From: a virus
Taxonomy: Duplodnaviria; Caudoviricetes
IMG/VR virus record: IMGVR_UViG_3300029288_000071
Span: 128,001 to 192,000 of that record
Reading direction: 5' to 3' (one strand)
DNA length: 64,000 bases
The notes beneath the pieces were generated by a model. The model worked only from the letters and a program-made list of their open reading frames with translations. It made no database searches and was not told where the DNA came from. This document shows, one piece after another, positions 37,989 through 47,277 of the stretch; positions within the stretch are counted from its first letter, which is position 1; every line of letters begins with the position of its first letter. Made by a program: the position numbers and the translations under genes.

Positions 37989-38921
37989 TTATTCTAATAA
38001 TTTTTTGAAAATATCCCAATTTCCAAATTCTTTTGGCAATTCAGCAGCAAGACAATCTATTTTTAAATCAACTCTTTCACCTAATTCTTGAGAAATTATA
38101 TTTTTTGCTGTATTTCTAATTCCATTAATTGAGTGCGTAAATTTTAGCAGTTTGTCTTGATCCATATCTCCAGCTCTAGCTTTTGATTCGTTTTCCCAAA
38201 TAACTCTGTTAGCGAGTTGAATAACAAGAATAGCCCAAGTAATTTTAGCATTAAGTTTTATATTTTTTTCTTTAATCAAAATATCAATATCATTTGATAT
38301 ATCTAAAGCTTCTTTTCTATATTCTTCTGCGTGTTCAGGTATAAAAATTTCTTTCATTTGAGATATGCAGAGTCTATCAATAAGATCTGAAAAGCTTGGA
38401 AGATATTTTCTTTTTTCACTGAAATAAAGAATCCATCTATTTCTATTGACATTTGTTTTTGAATGACATGTTTTACATAAACAAACAAGATTATTTGTGT
38501 TGCTATTTTTTTTATTATAATCAATATGATGAACTACTAATTTTTCTCGTAAATAAGGTATATTACAAATCTGACAAGTATTTACATCTCTTTTTATAAT
38601 AAAATCTTTTAATTTTTTGGTAAATTCAGGACTATAATCTCCAACAAATCCTATGCGATAATTCCAAGGATGTTTTCCTTTATTTGCTTTAGAAATTTTT
38701 AATTTTTGTTCAGTTGATAATTTTTTTCCTGTATTAGCTATACTGATTTTTAAATTTCTAGCTTTAACCATAATAGGATCATGTTTTTTACCTTTATTTG
38801 CTAAACTGATCTTTTCTTTAGTTTTATCTGATACAGAATGTCCCATTAAAGTTTGTTTAATTTTTTCTTTTTGTTCTGATGTTTTAAGATATTTTCCCGA
38901 TCTTCCTTTAACTCCAGACAT
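37989..38921 (-). CDS. NUMOD3-HNH endonuclease fused to a helical domain (DUF6165-like)
   Basis: GHSVSDKTKEKIS; RD..CQIC, VHHIDYNKKN..NLVCLCKTCH; then YLPSFSDLIDRL...KE...IWENE...R. Confidence 0.82.
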   Translation of the reverse strand: MSGVKGRSGKYLKTSEQKEKIKQTLMGHSVSDKTKEKISLANKGKKHDPIMVKARNLKISIANTGKKLSTEQKLKISKANKGKHPWNYRIGFVGDYSPEFTKKLKDFIIKRDVNTCQICNIPYLREKLVVHHIDYNKKNSNTNNLVCLCKTCHSKTNVNRNRWILYFSEKRKYLPSFSDLIDRLCISQMKEIFIPEHAEEYRKEALDISNDIDILIKEKNIKLNAKITWAILVIQLANRVIWENESKARAGDMDQDKLLKFTHSINGIRNTAKNIISQELGERVDLKIDCLAAELPKEFGNWDIFKKLLE

Positions 38922-38923
38922 TT

Positions 38924-39271
38924 TTACTTGTCCTCTTCATATTCTATATATTCGATAGGAATTCCTAATTTGTTTGCTATTTTTATCTCACCAGTTACAC
39001 CAATAGAAGTTTCCCAGCCTTCAAGTTTATAAACTAATAATTTATTAGAACATGATAAGTAAGCTTCATCAAAATGCTTCCAAAATTCCCAATCAGTTGG
39101 TAATTCATTATGTTTATTAATAGAATGACAATGAGATATTGGAGAAAATACTATAATTCCTTGTTTCATTAATTTTGCAGTCATTTTATTAACTTCAGCA
39201 AAACGCCATTCTTTAATTTCAGGATCAGGATGTGAATAAGGTACTGCTAAATAGACTAACGGTTTATTCAT
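38924..39271 (-). CDS. DUF1937 / nucleoside 2-deoxyribosyltransferase-like protein
   Basis: VYLAVPYSHPD, FSPISHCH, GWETSIGVTGEI. Confidence 0.88.
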   Translation of the reverse strand: MNKPLVYLAVPYSHPDPEIKEWRFAEVNKMTAKLMKQGIIVFSPISHCHSINKHNELPTDWEFWKHFDEAYLSCSNKLLVYKLEGWETSIGVTGEIKIANKLGIPIEYIEYEEDK

Positions 39272-39274
39272 ATA

Positions 39275-41005
39275 TTATATTGATTTTAAAAATTTTTCGA
39301 GTTCTTTAGATACTATTTCAACTTTTAATCCTGACATACATTCATATTGTTTTGGATTTTCACATTTAGATACAAATGTGAATCCTTGATCAGTTTGATT
39401 TACGTATTGTCTACCTTTACAATGCAGACAATCTATTTGATTAGTTACTTGGTAGACTTTAGGATTTTTAGTAGTAAATTTAGGTAAAGCAGCTCCTGCT
39501 ATTACAAAACATCTTTTATTAAAAGCTGCAGCAATATGCATTGGGCCGCAGTCACTGCCCACAAAAAATTCACAATATCTCAAATAGTTAAGCATTACTT
39601 TAAAATCATTATTAGGATTTGTAAAAATTAGTGGGTCACCCTCAACTTGAGCTACTCTAAGATTACTAACGAAAGCAATTTTATAACCTTTTAATTGAAT
39701 TTCATTTAAAATCTGTTTCCATGCACCCATATCCCATTCTTTTCCGCCCCAACCACTACCACCAAGTTCTACAGCTACATAATGTTCAGTAATTAATCTA
39801 GGTTCTTCATATTTTAATCTGGGTACTTTTTCATGCTCAGGAACATCTGGAACAATAGTTAATTCTCCATCAACTTCTTTTACTTGTTCTTTGAATCCTG
39901 CTGTAGTGAAATATCCATCGATATAATTGATATTTTTTCTTGATTCATATGCTAAATCAAAATCAAATCTTAAATCATAACCTTTCTTATCATAAAGAAT
40001 ATCTTGAATAAGAGCTTGTTCATTTTCTAGACCAATAATTTCATCTGGTTTTGATTCAAAATATGGAACAATTTCTTTAGCATTTCTGCTATTGGATGCA
40101 AAAAATGTTATTGCTGCATTTGGATATTTTCTTCTTAATGCTCTTACAACTGGTTCAGCTAATAAAACATCTCCCATACCAATTGTTCTTTTAACAGCAA
40201 TCTTTTTAATTGATAGAGGATCTAAATTACTAATTCTATTAAGAATATTATTGTTATAATCTTGCCATTGCAAAGATCCAACTACAGTTGGATATTCTGT
40301 TTTTATATCTAATTCTCCATCTTTTTCAATAACAACTTCAATATTTTTATCAGATACAGGTTTGCCTAAAGCTACTTCTTTGGGTCTTGGATCCACCCAT
40401 TGCATCACAGTAATTTCTTCAGGAATTGCAACTCTATATGATTCTAATTGTTTAATTATCAATCCTGGATAAAACACTGCATTTGCTCCATTTGTAGTAA
40501 CAATACATTTACTCCAATCAACAATAATTTTTTTCAAATGACAAAACTCATCAACTGAAAAACTTTCTGCTATAGGAGTTTTATCTATTTTATAATTGAT
40601 TGTATTTGCTGGAGCACTTTTTTCAACTATATTCTTAAGTTCTGTAAAAGAAAAACTCCAAGAAGATTTGTCATCCCATTCAAATAAATCTAGATGATGT
40701 TCTATATGACGAGGGTACCAATCAACTGGATTAACAGATTTATAAAATATAAAATCACCTAAAGCTTCTCTTTGGGGTTTAAGTAAAAGCTCTAGAGAAC
40801 CCATATCACACTCAAAATACCTGATATTGGTTTTTTCTTTCCAATTATCTTTTAGAGTTTGTAAATCATTTCTTTTGAAGCATGAAACAATTATGTCTAA
40901 TTGTTTAAATGTTTGGCTGAATACTGATTTGAGAGCTTCATTTACTGCAGGGAGTGGAGCAACTTCAGCTAAAACAATTACTGTAACTAATTTATTTTTT
41001 TGCAT
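39275..41005 (-). CDS. GT2-like + GT9 glycosyltransferase fusion
   Basis: SVFSQTF..LDIIV; RTIGMGDVLL..P..RALRRKYP, KEW, FVGSDCGPMHIAAA, CLHC. Confidence 0.88.
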   Translation of the reverse strand: MQKNKLVTVIVLAEVAPLPAVNEALKSVFSQTFKQLDIIVSCFKRNDLQTLKDNWKEKTNIRYFECDMGSLELLLKPQREALGDFIFYKSVNPVDWYPRHIEHHLDLFEWDDKSSWSFSFTELKNIVEKSAPANTINYKIDKTPIAESFSVDEFCHLKKIIVDWSKCIVTTNGANAVFYPGLIIKQLESYRVAIPEEITVMQWVDPRPKEVALGKPVSDKNIEVVIEKDGELDIKTEYPTVVGSLQWQDYNNNILNRISNLDPLSIKKIAVKRTIGMGDVLLAEPVVRALRRKYPNAAITFFASNSRNAKEIVPYFESKPDEIIGLENEQALIQDILYDKKGYDLRFDFDLAYESRKNINYIDGYFTTAGFKEQVKEVDGELTIVPDVPEHEKVPRLKYEEPRLITEHYVAVELGGSGWGGKEWDMGAWKQILNEIQLKGYKIAFVSNLRVAQVEGDPLIFTNPNNDFKVMLNYLRYCEFFVGSDCGPMHIAAAFNKRCFVIAGAALPKFTTKNPKVYQVTNQIDCLHCKGRQYVNQTDQGFTFVSKCENPKQYECMSGLKVEIVSKELEKFLKSI

Positions 41006-41016
41006 TAAGTAAACCT

Positions 41017-41469
41017 TTATTTAATGTTTTCAAAATTTATAATTGCTTCTAATTCTGTTTCTATTTTAACCAATCCTTTAGTTTTATGTGTAATCAAAAT
41101 ACAATTCAAATAATTTGTCCAATTAATTTTATGAGTTTTGTCAACAACATTTTTTTGAGTTTCTTCCATTATAATTGAATTTAATGAATTCAATGTATAT
41201 AAAGTATTGGTTTCTTTTTTTCGATGTAATGCTATAGTCCCAGGAATACAACAATCAAATTTAATTTTTTCATCATTTAATAAAATATTATAAGTTAAAA
41301 TTAACTTATCATTATCTTCTTTATTTTTTAACACAAAAATTTTGTACCCAATAATAACAAAATTTTCTTTAATTTGTTTAATCGAGTTGTCTAATTCAGG
41401 TCTATCTATAAAAGAAGCTAATAGAACAGTTTTTTGATTGGAACCTGGAGTAATTATCTGTGTCTGCAA
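41017..41469 (-). CDS. Conserved hypothetical large-phage protein
   Basis: LTYNI, HRKKETNTLYTLNSLN; TTG start with AAGGA. Confidence 0.75.
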   Translation of the reverse strand: MQTQIITPGSNQKTVLLASFIDRPELDNSIKQIKENFVIIGYKIFVLKNKEDNDKLILTYNILLNDEKIKFDCCIPGTIALHRKKETNTLYTLNSLNSIIMEETQKNVVDKTHKINWTNYLNCILITHKTKGLVKIETELEAIINFENIK

Positions 41470-41490
41470 GTGTATTCCTTTGTTAAAATA

Positions 41491-41519
41491 AATATATTCA
41501 AAATTTATAGAGTTGTAAA
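41491..41519 (-). promoter_or_regulatory. Sigma70-type promoter TTTACA-N17-TATATT
   Basis: Sits at the head of the long glycosylation operon. Confidence 0.65.
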
Positions 41520-41524
41520 TAAAA

Positions 41525-42781
41525 CTATTTTAAAATTTCAAAACTTTTTGACTTATCATCAACTTCAGGAGTTAAATCAATTTTATCTTCCTCTCTAAGT
41601 CCAATATTTCCAGTACCAACTCCCGCAGTAGATTTTTTAAGTTCAGAAGGTGCTTTAGAATTAATTGCTGCAGGTTTTAAGTCTTGAGGACCTTCTTCAG
41701 TTAAGTCAGGCTCGATAAGTTTCATAACATCACTCCAATTATCAAATTTAACACCACGATCATCAATATAAAATTTACAAACAGGTTTTATTATAGAAAC
41801 TTTATTAAAAGGAACTTGTAATCTATTAAGTAATCCCTCTATATTTGCTTGTAAAGATTGCCATTGTTCTTTAGGAGTAAAGGCAAATCGAGCAGTATAA
41901 ATCACTATTTCATAGCCTTTTTCTTTAAGTTTTTCTAATGCTTCTTTTGCTCCATCAATTAAGTTCTGTTCTTTATCAATTAAAGTATTGTCTAAATCTA
42001 CAGCAATAGTTTCAGGTTTCTTAGGAGGTTGGACAGTAGTCATTGGGCCTTCAATAAGTGACTTATCTTCTTCTTCTAATTGCTTGCCATAAATTCTATT
42101 TCTTAATTCTCGTACTACTTCTTTAACAAATTCTCTAAATTTCAACTTACCAGATTGGAAATACTCTTCATAAATTTCAGGAGATCCATCAAACTTAATT
42201 TTGCCATTAATATTAATATATTTTGAGCCTTCTGGAGTTACTCTTAATTTATTATCAAGATGAGATTCTAATTGCTGAATATGATTATTTAGTACTTCAA
42301 CTTCTGAAATATATTGAGGTTTAAGATCTTCAATAATTTTTTTAGATATTTCATAGTAAAGTTTTAAAACTCTATTAAGTCGTTCTTGTTTATTTGCTTT
42401 AGAAGCTATTTGACCTTTTTCTTGTAAACCAGAATGTGTAACATACCATGAATAATATGCATCAGGACTTAATAAATTAGGCTTTCCTGATTGTACAGGT
42501 GGAATTTTTTGTCCTTCAAAAAGATCTTTACCCACTACATAAATGCCATCATCATCTTCTGATGTTACTCGATCAACCCATTTTTGACTGAAATGCATTT
42601 TTGTTTCATTTTGCTTTTTAAAATATACTTTACCAAAATACCCTAGCCAATGTTCAAATGTAATTTTAGTGTTAGGATATTTTTGTTTAAAAGCATTCCA
42701 ATGCTGAATAAGTTCATCTGGAGTCCAAGGACCTCTAATCTTGTATTTTTTTATTATGTCAAGATATTCTTTTCTTTCCAT
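41525..42781 (-). CDS. Multidomain protein with a C-terminal HAD phosphatase
   Basis: IAVDLDNTL, GAKEAL..L...GYEIVIYTAR, KP...YIDDR. Confidence 0.8.
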   Translation of the reverse strand: MERKEYLDIIKKYKIRGPWTPDELIQHWNAFKQKYPNTKITFEHWLGYFGKVYFKKQNETKMHFSQKWVDRVTSEDDDGIYVVGKDLFEGQKIPPVQSGKPNLLSPDAYYSWYVTHSGLQEKGQIASKANKQERLNRVLKLYYEISKKIIEDLKPQYISEVEVLNNHIQQLESHLDNKLRVTPEGSKYININGKIKFDGSPEIYEEYFQSGKLKFREFVKEVVRELRNRIYGKQLEEEDKSLIEGPMTTVQPPKKPETIAVDLDNTLIDKEQNLIDGAKEALEKLKEKGYEIVIYTARFAFTPKEQWQSLQANIEGLLNRLQVPFNKVSIIKPVCKFYIDDRGVKFDNWSDVMKLIEPDLTEEGPQDLKPAAINSKAPSELKKSTAGVGTGNIGLREEDKIDLTPEVDDKSKSFEILK

Positions 42782-42785
42782 TATT

Positions 42786-44081
42786 TTATTTTAACTCTTC
42801 TATAGAAACTTCAAAATCAACATATTGTCTAAATGAATAAGGAATTGTTCTATTAATTAATCCAGTCTGTATTGCTTGTTTAGCTTGTTCTAATTCTGGT
42901 TTATAAATATCAAAGAGAAAGTTATCATAGACAACATAAGGTAACATTACACTTCTTAAGTTCTTTTCTTTAAATTCTTTTTGAGTTTCTATAATTGCAA
43001 TTTTGCATAAATCTGCAACAGTCATTTGATTAATTGCATTAAAAGCTTTAGTTTCAAATTTTTCATTTGTTTCAAAAAACCTTGTTTTACCAAATTTAGT
43101 GGTTAACTTTAGATTTTTTCTAGCTTCTTTAATAATTTCTTTTTTATATGCAGCTATATTCGGATAAGTAGAAAAGAATTCATTACTGAATTGATAAGAA
43201 TCTCCATACATAGTTGCTAAAACTGTTTCTTTATTCTCTTCTCTTTCTTCTTTAGTAATTTCCTGTCTTCCTAAGATAGCTCTTCCCAATAAAGTATAAG
43301 GATCTTTCTTTTCACCTTCAATTTTTTCTTTACTTATTGCTGCTGCAACTCTAAATTCTGCATTTTTCCAGTCAGCATTTAGAAGTATTCCATCTTTACC
43401 AAATCTAGATGAACAAGTTTCAATAAATTTTTGTTTTGATACTACTTGATAACAATATGGAGTAGTATTTACTAATCTTCCTGTTATAACTCTATCATAT
43501 TCATATCGTGGAATTGTAATTTCATTTTTAAAATGAATTCCTGTTTCTTCTAATAGAGTTAAGTAAATTAAAAATTCTCTAAATAAATCATAATAAGCTG
43601 AAACATCTAAAGATAACTTTATTTTCTTAAGTTGAGATCCAATTTTGAAAGCTGTAGTAGCATCTTTCTCTAAAAATACTTCAATTAAAGAAAGCGGAAT
43701 TAATTCCCAATTTTCTTCATTTTGAATTCTCCAAATTTTTTGAATCCTACTTTGTTCATCAGCTAAAGTAATGTTCAAATTTTTTTGAGCTAAATTTGAG
43801 ATATCAATGTTTAAAGCATTTTTATAAATATTAAAAAAAGCTCTGCAATCAAACAAATTCAAACTTAATAGATAATCAGCTCCTAAGAAAGATAAAGATC
43901 TATACACTGTCCTAGAATCATTTACAATTAAAATATTGCCCCATTCTTTCTTAAGTTTCTCAATCCAAGATTTAATATTTGCTTCATTGTATACAAAATA
44001 AGAAAGATTCGGATGAAACTCTGAATATCTACAAATGATACCTGTATTTTTTGAAAATGGAACTATTGAAAAACCTATCAT
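42786..44081 (-). CDS. Short family-A DNA polymerase-like protein
   Basis: TGRL, ADWKNAEFR (motif A), R...K....MYG (motif B), N..NQ..AD, VYDN (motif C). Confidence 0.8.
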   Translation of the reverse strand: MIGFSIVPFSKNTGIICRYSEFHPNLSYFVYNEANIKSWIEKLKKEWGNILIVNDSRTVYRSLSFLGADYLLSLNLFDCRAFFNIYKNALNIDISNLAQKNLNITLADEQSRIQKIWRIQNEENWELIPLSLIEVFLEKDATTAFKIGSQLKKIKLSLDVSAYYDLFREFLIYLTLLEETGIHFKNEITIPRYEYDRVITGRLVNTTPYCYQVVSKQKFIETCSSRFGKDGILLNADWKNAEFRVAAAISKEKIEGEKKDPYTLLGRAILGRQEITKEEREENKETVLATMYGDSYQFSNEFFSTYPNIAAYKKEIIKEARKNLKLTTKFGKTRFFETNEKFETKAFNAINQMTVADLCKIAIIETQKEFKEKNLRSVMLPYVVYDNFLFDIYKPELEQAKQAIQTGLINRTIPYSFRQYVDFEVSIEELK

Positions 44082-44088
44082 AATGAAT

Positions 44089-44117
44089 AATATAAAAATC
44101 TTAAATACAATTGTAAA
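44089..44117 (-). promoter_or_regulatory. Sigma70-type promoter TTTACA-N17-TATATT
   Basis: -10 element is 7 nt from the ATG of the PolA-like gene. Confidence 0.65.
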
Positions 44118-44120
44118 CTT

Positions 44121-45089
44121 TTAGTCAAAATCAATTGCTACTCGTAAAGTAATTGGAATTGTTTTTGGCTTTTTAATTGGCTGTGCTACTTTAGCTACAG
44201 CTACTAGTTCATTATCATCATTAAATAATCCTACTGATGTAATGTAAATATTTCTTTGATAAATGTCTTGAAGATAAAATGTTCCTTTACTTGCAGTACT
44301 AGAAGTATTAGAACTTCCCCACTTATAAGCATAAGAAGATACTGAAGTATATAATGCAGGATCAGAAGTAACTGCTTTATTATAAAATGCATTATCATTA
44401 GAAGTATAATTTAATTCATTGGGCATAGCAGTACAGAAAGCATTTAATTGCCAAAGAGTATAAGTTGAAGAAAAAGCAATAGATGTAATTGAAGTGGTTG
44501 AATTTATATTAGCTAAAGTAGGACCATGTATTAAACAAATTCCTAATTCATAAAATATTATTCCTGCACTTAGTCCATCTGCTTGTCGTGAAAGAATTCC
44601 CCATTCTGAATTTGCACTTGCAGAATCAATAAAAGTAACTCCTGCACTTGTAGTAGCAGTAAAACTTAATGGTTGAATATTTTCTCCATATCTATTTTTC
44701 TTAAGAGCAATTACACCAACATTTCCTAAATTGCACAAATTATCTCGAATAATAACGCCGTCTATAGTTCTAAAATTACTCAAATATTGTGTGAATCCAG
44801 TTGTAGTACTGAGAGTTTTTCCATCATCAAAATCATAATTTTTAATCATCATATTAGCAAAATATGCATAAGCAGAGCTTGATCCAGTAGATACACCTAC
44901 AACACTTGTAACTGATGCGCTAGAAGCTGAAACAATAAAAGATTGTTTTGACGTTACATGAGATTCAGAAAAAAAGTAATCATCATTATGTAAAGTTATA
45001 AACCCAACTGAAGAAGCAGTAGGTGTAGCACCTGCACCTCTTGGTTGGTCTATTTCAATATATGTATTATCTAATTTTAAAATTTGCAT
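44121..45089 (-). CDS. Virion structural protein (ITSVGL...AK...P.K family)
   Basis: GIIFYELG; C-term YITSVGLFNDDNELVAVAKVAQPIKK. Confidence 0.75.
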   Translation of the reverse strand: MQILKLDNTYIEIDQPRGAGATPTASSVGFITLHNDDYFFSESHVTSKQSFIVSASSASVTSVVGVSTGSSSAYAYFANMMIKNYDFDDGKTLSTTTGFTQYLSNFRTIDGVIIRDNLCNLGNVGVIALKKNRYGENIQPLSFTATTSAGVTFIDSASANSEWGILSRQADGLSAGIIFYELGICLIHGPTLANINSTTSITSIAFSSTYTLWQLNAFCTAMPNELNYTSNDNAFYNKAVTSDPALYTSVSSYAYKWGSSNTSSTASKGTFYLQDIYQRNIYITSVGLFNDDNELVAVAKVAQPIKKPKTIPITLRVAIDFD

Positions 45090-45092
45090 AAA

Positions 45093-45722
45093 TTAAAAGT
45101 CAAATTTTACTTGAACTTGTGCATTATGTTCAGCATCTTTTCTTAAAGGTTTACTCAATTTAGCAATAGCAATTAAATCATTTAAATCATTATATAAACC
45201 TACAGAAGTAATATATCCAGCTGAAGGATTGTATCTTTGTAAATTTGTAGTACTATCAACTGCCGTTTTATTTTCAGAAATATTCATTTCATTACCAGTA
45301 GCAGTTACATTAACCATTAATCTTTCAACAAAATTAACTGAAACAAAATTAAGTCGTTTAATATAAAAATTAGTAGCCATTAAATTAGGATCAAGTGTCA
45401 TACCAGAAGTACCGATTGAACTTAATAAATCATATCCACCTGGTGCATATTCATCATCAAAAATAATCATTCCTAAATCATAATTTATAAATCCTACTCT
45501 TCTATCTGTTTTTGTTATTCCATTATCTTCAACAAACACTACATATCCTGTTTTCATGATACCATCTTGATTATAGTCTGGTAAATCTTTCAATGTATAA
45601 ATATTTTCTTCAGCAGTAAAAGCTGCATTAAAAGTAAACAGATGAATAGGGTTTCCTGAAGTAGGACTATCTTGATATCCGATTTGATCTAAACAAGCAT
45701 AATCTATTGAAGTATATGCCAT
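45093..45722 (-). CDS. Virion structural protein, paralog
   Basis: VGFINYDLG; YITSVGLYNDLNDLIAIAKLSKPLRK. Confidence 0.75.
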   Translation of the reverse strand: MAYTSIDYACLDQIGYQDSPTSGNPIHLFTFNAAFTAEENIYTLKDLPDYNQDGIMKTGYVVFVEDNGITKTDRRVGFINYDLGMIIFDDEYAPGGYDLLSSIGTSGMTLDPNLMATNFYIKRLNFVSVNFVERLMVNVTATGNEMNISENKTAVDSTTNLQRYNPSAGYITSVGLYNDLNDLIAIAKLSKPLRKDAEHNAQVQVKFDF

Positions 45723-47266
45723 TATAAAATCACCTTAATTGTATAAGTAATTTTTAACATTTCTCCATTAGCTATAACAACAGGAGTTGTTAAGAGATTT
45801 CTAGCAATTAAAAACAATCTTACAGGATATTCTTGATCTGAACCTTCACTATTACTATTGTGTGCTCCTACTGTTAATCCTATTTCATTAGCAGTTACAG
45901 CTGTTCCACAAGCATTTTCAACAACTCTAATAATATCAAAACTAACTGCTGTAGTAGTATCAGCTATTGCAGTGAAATTATGTATGAATTGTCCATAGTA
46001 ATATAGAGAACTAATTGAATCTGAGCCATGATGAAAAGCTTGTGAATCAGTTGCTGCAGTAGGACCTAACCAAATATCTGTTTCTGATACTGCAGAAGTT
46101 CCAAAACCTAAAACAATACCATGTTTCCAAGCAGGATCTGTACTAATAGTTGTAACATCTCCGTATGTAATTGCTTGAGTTTCACCTCCAGGAGCTAAAA
46201 CTTTGAATGTTCCTGTAGAATTTGCCCAGTTTGAATCAACATTAATAGTATTTATAGCAGATCTTGTTGTTTGCCCAAAATGTCTTCTCAATAACTTCAT
46301 TAAATTCTGGTTAAAACCACCAGGATTAGTTCCTGCTGATTGGATAGCTCTTATATAATAAATGATTATTAAGATTTTACCATTCTCAATTTCAAGACCT
46401 GGAGCAATAGCATCTCTTATGATTAATGTATAAGCATTTCCATCTTTAGTTCCATAAACACAATACATACCAATTTCATTAATTGTAATTGCTGAACCAC
46501 TTGAATTTGTAAAAGGTCTAACAAATGAAATTTCTGATTGATTAGAGATAGTTGTATCATCTTGACCAGTCATACCTCCATAAACTAATCTACCAGAAGT
46601 TGAACCAGTTTGTAATTCTTTTTCTAATAAACAATCAGATAAACTTACTGCTTTTGTTCCTGTTCCTACAACTATCATTGGCCATTTGAATGATTCAGTA
46701 GAAGGAGTAAGATCAACAGGATTGGCAGATAGAACTGCTTGTCTAATTGTTGCACTACTAGCAACATATCCTGCAGAAGTAGCAGCAGTTGTTCCTGTTA
46801 GAAAAATATCTACTTGAGAAGCAGATTTCCATGTATATTCATATATTCCTTCTTTCAAATCACAAGCAGGAACAACACTTGCGATGCTACAATATCCTGT
46901 TACAGGATTTGAATTTCTTAAATTACCTCCTGAAATATTCAATCTAACAACAGTTCCCGTAGTTCCTGAAGTTACAGAAGATACAGCACTAAAATATGTT
47001 ATATTGTTTGCTGCTGCACCTACATCATTTGCAAAATAAACATCAGGCATTCGTGTGAAGTTTAATCCATTCATTTGTAGATAAAGAATGTTTAAAAATC
47101 CTCTAAGCATACTATCAGATTTTTTTCGTAGAACTAGTTCTCCATCGATGTAAGCATCCATATAAACATCTAAATTACCACCACCAATTACTAATTCATG
47201 ATTAAGTTCTTTTACTTCTTTTTTATTCTCTGTTTTTATATTAATTTGGTTTAAATCATTTTTCAT
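45722..47266 (-). CDS. Tail-collar/fibre-attachment-like protein with a duplicated domain
   Basis: VGTGT..S.D..L / ITINEIG and GFGT..S.D..L / VTANEIG. Confidence 0.6.
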   Translation of the reverse strand: MKNDLNQINIKTENKKEVKELNHELVIGGGNLDVYMDAYIDGELVLRKKSDSMLRGFLNILYLQMNGLNFTRMPDVYFANDVGAAANNITYFSAVSSVTSGTTGTVVRLNISGGNLRNSNPVTGYCSIASVVPACDLKEGIYEYTWKSASQVDIFLTGTTAATSAGYVASSATIRQAVLSANPVDLTPSTESFKWPMIVVGTGTKAVSLSDCLLEKELQTGSTSGRLVYGGMTGQDDTTISNQSEISFVRPFTNSSGSAITINEIGMYCVYGTKDGNAYTLIIRDAIAPGLEIENGKILIIIYYIRAIQSAGTNPGGFNQNLMKLLRRHFGQTTRSAINTINVDSNWANSTGTFKVLAPGGETQAITYGDVTTISTDPAWKHGIVLGFGTSAVSETDIWLGPTAATDSQAFHHGSDSISSLYYYGQFIHNFTAIADTTTAVSFDIIRVVENACGTAVTANEIGLTVGAHNSNSEGSDQEYPVRLFLIARNLLTTPVVIANGEMLKITYTIKVIL

Positions 47267-47277
47267 TTTTTTTTACC

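Noticed and set aside
37920-38051. DGR template/variable repeat pair
   Set aside because: Mismatches are mostly synonymous and not confined to adenines; no reverse transcriptase in the window
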